From positions 70,990,001 through 71,054,000 of the forward strand of contig NW_027266286.1 of NCBI RefSeq assembly GCF_022045235.1: a DNA stretch of 64,000 bases. The letters are read 5' to 3'. Positions 51,603 through 62,810 of this stretch are shown piece by piece (position 1 is the first letter of the stretch; every line of letters starts with the position of its first letter). This DNA is from Haliotis cracherodii. Taxonomy: Eukaryota. The position numbers and the translations under genes are program-made. The notes beneath the pieces are model-generated. The model ran no database searches and had not been told where the DNA came from. It saw only the letters and a list, made by a program, of their open reading frames with translations.

Positions 51603-53385
51603 TGTGTATGTGTGTGTGTATGTGTGCTGGGTGTTTGAATGTAGATCATTATCAGCAACATAAGACAATATGTGCGTGACATCACGTTCTCATCTGTCTC
51701 AGCTGTCTTTAATGTGTGTTTGTGTTTTGTTCCCTAAAAACATTTAACTTGACAATCCATGGAAACTTCAAATATTTCAAGATCGTCGAATCATCTAGGG
51801 TTACTACTTTTTGAGATGTGTGCGAAACAAATTATTACTATTTCATGAACTGTTATTTTGGTGGAAAATGTTAAAATACTGGAGTATATTATACAAAGGT
51901 AAATTTTCTGTCGGATAATCAGCAGCATATTATGTCAGTTCTCAAAGGCAAGGCAAGGGCCGCCTCTTGGGCCTAGTGGATAGAGCGGCTAAGACGAGAA
52001 CGGAAGGTCGGTGGTCCGATGCCCGCTCGCATCATACAAAAAGACTTTAAAAGATGTTACCTGCAGTTGTTACCCTGTCTGGCGCTCGGTATTAAGGGGA
52101 CAAAACAAGGAATAGTCCGGTCGGAGTCAGTATACTGTGTCTGAATGGGGTAACCGCGGTACGGTAGCTCAGTGGGTTAGTATTATAAAACCGGCATGAG
52201 ACCGTACTAGTACGTATACAAGCAGCCACATACACACACGCGCGCATGCGCGCGCGCGCACGCACGCAAGCACACACACACACGTGTATGCACGTCGCTA
52301 TATGAGTGCAATAATCTTGAAATCCCTTTTAAACCCCTTTTTTGAATCATTTAATGTCACAGCGGGGTTTACAAGGTATAATACGTGGTTGTGTTAGGTT
52401 TTTCTGGGTTTGTTTGACACATTTTGAAGGGTTTTCTAGATTTAGAGGATAAAACAACACTTGATCGATTTGGAGTTACTTTCACGTGTGTGAGTGAGGT
52501 ACCCATGTTAATCTTCAGCGTGGTATCTCAGTATGCTAGTTCTATCATACCATCATTATCCCGGACTAGTACACATGCCCACACGCACATCCGCATACAC
52601 ACGCACACACACACAAACATACACACACGCACACACGTGTTTAAACTTTATTTTCCCCTAACCATTGGTATTTACATTTAAACTTGAACCAATAATATGA
52701 GGAATAATGTTTTTGTCATCCCGATTCTGAAAAATGTTCTTACCACTGCCTTCTTGAAACGACATTAAAAAACATCATGAATGGACTCACTCGTGGAATA
52801 ATAGTGTAATATATCTATTCTGAAACCAATTTGGATTATACACTATCTAGAATGTTGATGGTGTACTCTAGCCTAAAATATATTGCTCAGCACAAATTAC
52901 ACCATTGAGAAACAATGTTTTAGAAAACGTCAAAATGTGCACAATAAATCCGGACGAACCTCACACAACCATGCCCATCTTGTACTCCCCGCATTGACAT
53001 TATGTGCGATGATGGGGTTTACGTCTCACTCATATAGCAACGTGCATGTTTTTAGTGTGTGGTTGAGACTAGTGCCGGTTTTTAGTGCCAGCCAAATGAA
53101 TTACCAAGCCGCAATTTAACATGGATACCCCACTCAGACACAGTATACTGACTCCGAGCCGACCAGTCCTTGGTTTAGCCCTTTAATGCCAAGCGTCAGA
53201 CAGGGTAACAATAGTACCATCTTAAAAACGTCTTTTTGTATTCGCGGGCGGGGATCCAAATCATGAAATCCGAAATCCTGACAGACGCTCTTGCTCACCA
53301 GACCACGGAGGCGCGATGACATAATATGTCAGACTGAGCAGGTGCATGTGAACTCTTCATGACGTCGCCATACATGTGGTCTTTC

Positions 53386-53588
53386 AGGTCACCGTGGCCT
53401 GTGGGAAACTGAATCAATGCACCCTCTTTAATAAAGTAATGAAAAATAGATAACACGGAGTTCACTTATCGCATCTCACAAAACAAATAAAACGATCCTA
53501 CGATAAGGTGTAGTCCTTAATAAGCAGGTCACATACGTTGAATCTTCACTCCACACGGCGTCAACAGAACAGAACAAAACAAACCAAG
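53386..53588 (+). promoter_or_regulatory. B2 promoter: IR3 palindrome, GATAA, TATA-like, Inr, exon 1
   Basis: AGGTCAccgTGGCCT 53386-53400; CGATAAG at 53501; TTAATAAG at 53517; TCACTC Inr at 53548; AAG|GTATGT donor. Inverted homologue of the B1 promoter. Confidence 0.6.
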
Positions 53589-53598
53589 GTATGTTATA

Positions 53599-53771
53599 CT
53601 GTCAACTACTGTTATACGAACTCAAAGGGACCACTAATTTGAATTCGTTATAACCGTAGTTCGTTATTAGCACATGTACAACGTATATACAGAAAATGGA
53701 CGGGACCAATAAACAGTTTGTTTTATTCGGAAGTTCGTTGAAGGCGTGTTCGTTATAAACGTAGTTTACTA
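53599..53771. mobile_element. Longer copy of the same MITE family, 10 nt downstream of the B2 exon-1 donor
   Basis: Same terminal motifs (GTTCGTTATAA.CGTAGTTTACT) and TA flanks; absent from the B1 and B3 introns. Confidence 0.75.
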
Positions 53772-54444
53772 TATATGGTTGTATTTCAAGATGTTGTACA
53801 ATGATACGTGACGCCTGATTATATGCCAAACTAATCGCCGTTTTTGGATGTCGGCTAGAACTGACTTACTGAGTGAAGACATTTGTTTTATATATGGAAA
53901 CTACAGCAATGACACGTTCATATGATTATTGAATATATAAACAATTCCGATATAAGTCATTAGTGCCGATAGAGCTATTGCAATAAACTTGTCTATGTTA
54001 GTGTTTCTGTCAGTGTTCTATTTCTTATGGGGGCACAGGTGGCCCAGCCGTCTTAGGCATGTGTAGTAGCTCAAATGGCTGTATAGTAGCGTCATTTAGT
54101 GTACCAGAGACCTTTGATCGTGGGTACGAACAAGATTCGCCAGTATTATGTTTCAAGGTTTGTCAGCACCATAACCGTGTGCATGGGTTTAACTAAGGTG
54201 GTCAACGTCTAAGACCTGCATCGCCTCAGGCTTTTCTCCCACATTTAGCTGACACGCCGCGATATAGCCGAAAATGATATTCACTGCGACGTTAGATCAA
54301 CTCTATTTGATGTAAACTCCTTCATCCATGTTATCTCCAATGTTTCAGTCAATATCCATGTTCGTAGTATGTCCTATGTTGTGGTCGCGCCCATGTTCCT
54401 GGAACGTCCGTGTTTTTGCTTGGTCCACGATCCTCGACTGAAGG

Positions 54445-56000
54445 TCCACGTTCCTATAATGTGCATGTTTCTACAATGTCAATGTTTCTAAAATGTCCAC
54501 ATTTCTACAATGTGCATGTTTCTACAATGTCCATGTTTCTACAATGTCAATGTTTCTACAATGTTCACGTTTCTACAATGTCCACGTTTCTACAATGTCC
54601 ACGTTTCTACAATGTCCACGTTTCTACAATGTCCATGTTTCTACAATGTCCACGTCTCTACAATGTCCACGTTTCTACAATGTCCACGTTTCTACAATGT
54701 CAATGTTTCTACAATGTTCACGTTTCTACAATGTCCACGTTTCTACAATGTCCACGTTTCTACAATGTCCACGTCTCTACAATGTCCACGTTTCTACAAT
54801 GTCCACGTTTCTACAATGTCCACGTTTCTACAATGTCCATGTTTCTACAATGTCCACGTTTCTACAATGTCCACGTCTCTACAATGTCCACATTTCTACA
54901 ATGTCCATGTCTCTACAATGTCCACGTTTCTACAATGTCAATGTTTCTACAATGTTCACGTTTCTACAATGTCCACGTTTCTACAATGTCCATGTTTCTA
55001 CAATGTCCATGTTTCTACAATGTCCATGTCTCTACAATGTCCATGTTTCTACAATGTCCATGTTTCTACAATGTCCATGTTTCTACAATGTCCATGTTTC
55101 TACAATGTCCATGTTTCTACAATGTCCACGTTTCTACAATGTCCATGTTTCTACAATGTTCACGTTTCTACAATGTCAATGTTTCTACAATGTCCATGTT
55201 TCTACAATGTCAATGTTTCTACAATGTTCACGTTTCTACAATGTTCATGTTTCTACAATGTCCACGTTTCTACAATGTCCATGTTTCTACAATGTCAATG
55301 TTTCTACAATGTTCACGTTTCTACAATGTCCACGTTTCTACAATGTCAATGTTTCTACAATGTCCATGTTTCTACAATGTTCACGTTTCTACAATGTCAA
55401 TGTTTCTACAATGTCCACGTTTCTACAATGTCCACGTTTCTACAATGTCCATGTTTCTACAATGTCCACGTTTCTACAATGTCCACGTTTCTACAATGTC
55501 CACGTTTCTACAATGTCCACGTTTCTACAATGTCCATGTTTCTACAATGTCCATGTTTCTACAATGTCAATGTTTCTACAATGTTCACGTTTCTACAATG
55601 TCCATGTTTCTACAATGTCCATGTTTCTACAATGTCCATGTTTCTACAATGTCAATGTTTCTACAATGTTCACGTTTCTACAATGTCCATGTTTCTACAA
55701 TGTCCACGTTTCTACAATGTCCACGTTTCTACAATGTCCACGTTTCTACAATGTCCATGTTTCTACAATGTCCATGTTTCTACAATGTCCATGTTTCTAC
55801 AATGTCCATGTTTCTACAATGTTCACGTTTCTACAATGTCCACGTTTCTACAATGTCCACGTTTCTACAATGTCCACGTTTCTACAATGTCCATGTTTCT
55901 ACAATGTCCATTTCTCTACAATGTCCACGTTTCTACAATGTCCATGTCTCTACAATGTCCACGTTTTACAATGTCCATGTTTCTACAATGTCAATGTTTC
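54445..56000. repeat. 17-bp minisatellite (TTTCTACAATGTCCAYG)n in B2 intron 1
   Basis: About 90 units; stop-free in all three + frames. Confidence 0.97.
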
Positions 56001-56012
56001 TGTTTCAGAACG

Positions 56013-57431
56013 ATGTCTCAGCTTCTATGCTTCATCCTGGCTGCTGTCACTCTCAGTCATTCTACAGGTAAGATCGCTCACTCCAGACAGGTAGACCAAT
56101 TAGTCCGTGTGGTTCCGTTTGAAGAATTTACTAAACTGACTTTCTATCAATAGCTGTATTACTGATATTGACCAAAAAAGGGGTGGGATAATGTTTGCGA
56201 GAGGCAATATAAATGCACATGTTGTATTTGGTGTCTATTTTATACCTCTTAATAACAGTCCACAACTACTCAGACGATTATCAGAAATATTTCTATTTCT
56301 CAATCGTTTACTTCTGCAGTGAGTGGGTAAGTATGGTTTTACGCCGCTTTTAGCACTTTTCCAGCAATATCACGGCGGGGAAACAAGAATGGGCTTCACA
56401 CATGGAACTCATGTGGAGAATCGAAGCCGGGCCTTGGGCGTGACGAGCGAACGCTTTAACCACTAGGCTACCCGACTGCCTCTTATTTCTGTATTGATTA
56501 CTTGATATTATAACACCACAATGGCATGATTCTTGTTTATATCACACTCCTGCTATTTCTCCGTCTTCATGAAATGCATGACGTTATATATGTGACTTTT
56601 CACTACAGCACGTTAATGCTTTATGACATTACATCTGAAAGCTCTTTATTTTTTCTCCATCCAGTTGGTATTAAACTCTGGAACTCTAAGACCCCAAGAA
56701 GCAAGACAATATGGCGCGGGAACTGGAACCTGGATACCTCCACATACAGGGGTCAGGAGTCGGTGTCTGCTGAACCAAACCCCGACGGCAGTAACTACAA
56801 AGTCAGCGCCATCTTTCTCTCCCAGGGATCCTACGGCCTCACCGATCTCTACAGTGGAGCTGAGTTCTACTCCACTCCTCTAGAGCCCAGGGAGTGCCTG
56901 ACACTCTCCTACAAAGTGTGGTTCGATGACAACTTCGACTTCGCCTACGGTGGAAAGTTGCCTGGTCTGTACGGTGGCGGGGTCAACTGTACTGCTGGAG
57001 GTGACCCAGGCAAGGACTGTTTCACATCCCGCTTTATCTGGAGAACAGGAGGCGTGGGTGGAGTGGCACTCTTCACCACATCTCAGCAGACACCCGAGTT
57101 CTGTACCACTGAAGGGGTGGAGTGTAATGATGCTTGGGGGCACCGACTGGGCAGCGGAAGTTTCCAGTTCCAGACCGGAACCTGGTACACAATCCAGCAA
57201 ACTGTCCGCCTTAACACACTCGGCCAGGCTGATGGCTACGTTCGAATCGTTGTTGGGGGTGTCGGTAAAGTGTATGACGTCAGTAACGTCGTAATTAGAG
57301 AATCCCTGGATGTGAAAGTCGACGGCATTCTGTTTTCCAATTATTTCGGCGGGACATCGTCATGTTCCGGAAGTCCTGTTGATACTAATGTCTACTTCCG
57401 GTATTTCGTCCTCAAGGACAACTTCTGCTAG
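56013..57431 (+). CDS. PL14-like secreted protein B2 (273 aa); coding exons 56013-56067 and 56665-57431; non-coding exon 1 ~53548-53588
   Basis: Exon 2 encodes MSQLLCFILAAVTLSHST, with tttcag| acceptor and CAG|GTAAG donor. The acceptor ccatccag| at 56664 gives VGIKLWNSKTPR... in frame. PL14 motifs intact; AATAAA at 57503. Confidence 0.92.
56319..56481 (-). mobile_element. SINE family 1 in B2 intron 2
   Basis: Matches the family consensus. Confidence 0.85.
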
Positions 57432-57571
57432 AAATATCTCAATATGCATGTGTTTAAACAACCACAGTGTAACCTCTGTTCTGTTCATGTTCTTGTTGTT
57501 TAAATAAAGAGCATAAACATTGGTCATTCTCATGTCATGATATGGGTTTATTTACACCTTCAACACAGATT

Positions 57572-57841
57572 GACCAAGTCGTCTAAGGCGCCGCGATTTG
57601 CTGTGCAGAGTTGCGTCCCTTGGGAACGCCAGAAACCTTTGATTGTGGGTTCGAATCCCGGTTCGCCCCGATTATGTTTCTAGGTTTGTCAGCACCATAC
57701 GCGTGCTCGTAGGCTTCACCGAGGTGGTTAACATCTGAGACCTGCATCATTCCGGGCTTTCCTCCCACATTAAGCTGACACGCCGCAATATAACTTGACT
57801 ACTTTTAAAGGGGGCGTTTAACCAAATTAACTCACTTACTC
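57572..57841 (+). mobile_element. SINE family 2
   Basis: TSD CAACACAGATT. Further degenerate copies at 28770-28937(-), 40578-40745(-), 44620-44765(+) and 54029-54305(+). Confidence 0.85.
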
Positions 57842-57984
57842 CAACACAGATTTACAATGCCGTAATGTTTCTTTAAAAAAGTAGAATAATTGTGCTGTCC
57901 GTTTTCGTAGAATTTATATTAACATAATAATTTTAGATTGCAAGTGCTGGAAGTCACGATATTACACACACACACACACACACA

Positions 57985-58016
<32 letters not shown>

Positions 58017-59827
58017 CACACACACAGAGACAAGCACACATCAAAGATATTCAGAGAAATATCTCACTTAATGCTGTATTTACAGATGTTCAAAGGTTAT
58101 CACGGATTCGTTTCCGTACTTTTGTGTATCTACGCATTTCGTCCAACGGGCTGTGAAATAAACTTAACTTCGCCGTATTTGTTTGATGTTCCTGATATGC
58201 AACATGACAGCTTGCCTATTTGAAAACTAAGTGATAAAGATAAACTGGACCCTGCCGTCTTTTGGGTATATTATGATTGAGAATCAAAATTCAATTTCAA
58301 ACACATCCACTTGAAACAGAAATAGCGAAGTACATCATTTGAAACTAAGCCTCAGTAAAGATGGCGACTATACTTAACCGTCGTAATTAATTTTGTATGG
58401 ACTAAAGTAGCGAAAACGGTGTTGTGGTAAAACATCGGGCAATCTCATTTAAGACGAATGCTACAAATTGGTCTGCGAGAATTGTGTTTTAATGAATATG
58501 TTAGCCATGTAAAATATTGCCTCATTGAGAAACTCACTGGCCTGAGATTATTTCTATAACTGACGCTGTTGCCGCGAATAGCTGCAATACTGCTAATCCG
58601 GCTTTAGGCAATATTCACTCACTCACTGACGGTGATATTTTGTTTCGAGCTTCCGGACAATTTTATTGAATATTTGTACAAAATTTCTTTTGTTAAATTA
58701 TAGTGAGCATGTTGAGGGTTTTAAAGTACATAGGAAAGTGTAACATCTGGAGAGGACTGTTATCAACAAAGGACCTTGTGTATGTAAATTAGATAGCATT
58801 TTCAAGCTCAAGTCATATGTTTGCTAAATGCTACTTGGAGCATGAAGAGCATTAGAGAAGCATGACCACAGGACTAATACGGAGCGCATGCGACTTGACC
58901 TTATAATATTACGCATGCGCACGGACAGTGTCTAAAACGCGAGAACAAGAGAACGCGAGGTCGTGAGAAAATAAAATGGCGCATTCTCGCGTTCTGGCGA
59001 TTTCGTGTTTTTGTGGCCTACTTTGACAAGTTGAGATTGCGAAGTTTTGCATCATGTCAAAAAGGCTCATTCCCGCGTTGGCGACTTTTGACAAAAAGTA
59101 CTATGTTGACTGAGGCGTTAAGCAGCATACACTTACTCATTTGCATTTGCAGCGGGACAAGTCGAATGGTCATGGTGACAAATGCACTTAGTCTAGAAAC
59201 AGGAGATTGTTTAGAAAAACCACAGAAGCGTCTATGAAATACACAAATTGCATTTTATTTGTATGCCAGAACGTTATTTTTACAGGCAAGTCACGCTGCA
59301 AGCTTTTTATTGATTTTAAAGGTGTTTCCCGTGTATATCAGAACATATAAGGCCATTAATAATGCTTCAGATTCAGTTCGGCAAGTGAATGTTCATAGCC
59401 ATTACATTGTCTGGGTCTTCAAGGGTTTCGGTCACCCAGCAGAAGAAGCCTTCCTTCACCCAGCAGTGAGTGGGTACCCGGTAGGATGAAACTGTAATAT
59501 GACTAAACCTTGGTGTATACTCCCAATGGGATTGAGAGTGAAATTTGAGTGCACACTGATCCATCAACATCAAACAAAGTCACTTGCCAAAAGATACACA
59601 ACATGTTGGGGGGCAGGGCGCCTGAAAAAATCTCTTGAGACAAGTTTCGATATTTGAATATGTAAAACATTAACAAAAACAGAAAGCGTGTTTCACTGTT
59701 TATTAAAATTCAAATAACATCTGGTATACTTTGATTATGTTCACATGATGCCCATTTATTATATTTTAATGAAGATGATGAGGATGTGGAAACTTCGAAG
59801 TTGAGAGAAAACACAATTGGGCAGGTT

Positions 59828-61111
59828 TTAGCAGACGTTGTCCTTGAGGACGAAATACCGGAAGTAGACATGAGTATCAACAGGACTTCCGGAACATGAC
59901 GATGTCCCGCCGAAATAATTGGAAAAAAGAATGCCGTCGACTTTCACATACGAGGATTCTCTAATTACAACGTTACTGACATCGTACACTTTACCGACAC
60001 CCCCAACAACGATTCGAACGTAGCCATCTGCCTGGCCGGGTGTGTTAAGGCGAACAGTTTGCTGGATTGTGTACCAGGTTCCGGTCTGGAACTGGAAACT
60101 TCCGCTGCCCAGTCGGTGCCCCCAAGCATCGTTACACTCCACCCCTTCAGTGGTACAGAACTCGGGTGTCTGCTGTGATGTGGTGAAGAGTGCCACTCCA
60201 CCCATGCCTCCTGTTCTCCAGATAAAGCGGGATGTGAAACAGTCCTTGCCTGGGTCACCTCCAGCAGTACAGTTGACCCCGCCACCGTACAGACCAGGCA
60301 ACTTTCCACCGTGGGCGAAGTCGAAGTTGTCTTCGAACCACACTTTGTAGGAGAGTGTCAGGCACTCCCTGGGCTCTAGAGGAGTGGAGTAGAACTCAGC
60401 TCCACTGTAGAGATCGGTGAGGCCGTAGGATCCCTGGGAGAGAAAGATGGCGCTGACTTTGTAGTTACTGCCGTCGGGGTTTGGTTCAGCAGACACCGAC
60501 TCCTGACCCCTGTATGTGGAGGTATCCAGGTTCCAGTTCCCGCGCCAAATTGTGTTGCGTCTTGGGGTCTTAGAGTTCCAGAGTTTAATCCCATCTAGTC
60601 AGAATATAGTTGATATAACAATTGTAGGTAATATGCCATTAGTATGTTGTAATTAAGGGAAATCAAAGCATAATAATGTGTGTATTTAAATTTAGTCCGA
60701 GCTGGAGGAAGGAAAACATAAAGTTTGTTTAAATATAATATTAAATTCTTATACGTGATGTGAAGTGTCATGTTTACAGTTCAAATCATCGTTTTGCTTT
60801 ATATAAATGGTTTCAAAATCAATGTTACAATTTTCGCGCCTCAAATACCCATAATACCCACAATCGGGAAACACATAATTTTTACCTCGCATTAAGGGAT
60901 ACATAATGTCCTCTGAACATTACATTCAGTGAAACACAATCCAGACCGGTTCCTTCCGGTCACATTTTGGAACAGAAATACAAGAATGAGTGTCGTATAT
61001 ACTTAATACCTACATGGGCTTATACTATATACCTGTATGGGGGTCAGTTATCTTACCTGTGAAATGGCTGAGGGTGACAGCGGCCAGGAGCAGGTATCGG
61101 AGCTGAGACAT
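59828..61111 (-). CDS. PL14-like secreted protein B3 (273 aa); coding exons 61111-61057 and 60594-59828; non-coding exon 1 ~61730-61701
   Basis: Exon 2 encodes MSQLRYLLLAAVTLSHFT; phase-1 GT-AG intron; DGIKLWNSKTPRRNTIWRG continues in frame into the 222-aa ORF with PL14 motifs. Confidence 0.92.
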
Positions 61112-61700
61112 CGTCCTGTAACACTGACGTACCCCAAATATGTGGAACATTATCGGAGTGAAGAACACAACACAACACGTGAAGGACCTACCAAGGACGT
61201 ATCAGAAACATGGATATTACAAATATATGGACATATGGACAATAACGGACATAAAACACATAGACATTAAAAGAATAATACCTTTGTGACATAAATGAAG
61301 TGAGTATAGTTTTAAGCCGCAATATTCCAGCTATATCACGGCGGGGGAAACCAGAAATGGGCTTCACACAATGTCCCCTTGTGGGGAATCGAACCGGGTC
61401 TTCGGCGTACGAGCGAAAGCATTAACCACTAGTTTACCCACCGCCCCCTCATATACGAAGCATAAGACATTGAATATATAGGACAAATTAGAACCTTCAG
61501 TGTACTTCAGATACAAAACATTTACAAACGAGCGTAATATTCCAGTCACAGAATCGGAATAAATGTTGCTGTTATCGAAATATCACTCACTCATATCAGT
61601 TAGGTTCACTTAGAGAATCACCGTCATAGAAGCTGAAGGTTAGTTGGGCAACATGTGTTATTTAATAAAAAGTGACACTATTCGACTGTGGGTAACATAC

Positions 61701-61899
61701 CTGTCCAACGCTGTTCCGCTGACGTGGAGTGACGATTCTTCGGATGTGCTGTGCTTATAAACGGGTATTTCTTATCGTCGGATCATTTTGTTTGTGGTGA
61801 TAGATAGGATACTTGTACCATTTAATTCACATTTAATTACTTTATCAACGAATATTATAACATTCATTATTTACGCATTCCCTCGGGTCACGGTGACCT
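61701..61899 (-). promoter_or_regulatory. B3 promoter: IR3 palindrome, GATAA, TATA, Inr, exon 1
   Basis: GGGTCAcggTGACCT 61885-61899; core promoter nearly identical to B1. Confidence 0.6.
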
Positions 61900-62743
61900 A
61901 GGAAAAGACCGCCTGCAGATAAATGTGTAGGCGCGATGATGTCACAGGAGTTCTCTACGTACATTGACATAGTCTCGGGTTGCTAAAGCAATGTAGTCAA
62001 TGTTATATCAGAAAGTACTGCTAGATTGAGTCACTGTACTTACGAAATAACGTGTACCCTACCCCCGTAAGTAGTGCTACAAAGTATCGTTTTGCCATGA
62101 GCTATTATAACGTCAAGCTTCATGTTGACGTTTACGTTCATAGTCCACGGCAAAACCATACAGTATTACATACACATGGTGTTAGCGCAAGAGAGAGAGA
62201 GAGATCAGTGTTTTCCTTGGAGCAGTGGCAGAAGAAGCACACTCAGGCCTTAAATACTGTTTATACGTCTAGTAGAAGCATCAACGGAAATATCAGGACG
62301 AAGACATTCCACAACACTTCAACATCTGTAGTTTCAGAATAAACACCACATACAAATTACTAAACTTTGCGTGTAATGTTCGAGAATGCAACCAGTAAGA
62401 ACACCATAACTAGAACTAATCTATTTTTGGGGGACTACAGTTTTGTCTGAACCGCCTCATACTAACAATGAAGAGAAAACTTTAACAAAGACTGCAGTGT
62501 GTAGAAAGCAAGTCGGTACGGCTCAGTGATTACAAATATTAGGTACCACTCTGGGTTCGGTGTTAATTAGATGATGAGATGATGAGAGATTTTATTAGGT
62601 GGGGACATGAGGTAGTCGGGTACACGCCAGGCAGATACCGGGGATGTAGCCTGAAGGAAGGTAAGGCTGCCTGATTGAGTTGCACCTGGCGGAGAATGAC
62701 CAGTCTGAGACTCTCAAAATATCCTCGTAACTTCTGGCACGTG

Positions 62744-62810
<67 letters not shown>

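Larger units (their letters stand above)
47524..52820 (+). repeat. Segmental duplication copy 1 (contains B1); partner 59102-64000
   Basis: Colinear, high identity including introns, SINEs and intergenic DNA. Confidence 0.95.

Noticed and set aside
54410-56153. Three 530-550-aa Cys/His-rich ORFs
   Set aside because: Translation of a stop-free 17-bp minisatellite in all frames. Only the MSQLL... tail is a real exon.
56526-56664. Hydrophobic N-terminus MILVYITLLLFL of the 301-aa ORF
   Set aside because: Intron read-through. Paralogues show the true signal peptide is on exon 56013-56067 and the acceptor is at 56664.
33270-60594. Recent horizontal transfer or bacterial contamination as the source of the lyases
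   Set aside because: The genes have spliceosomal introns, host SINEs and Pol II promoters, and PL14 is an established mollusc family.
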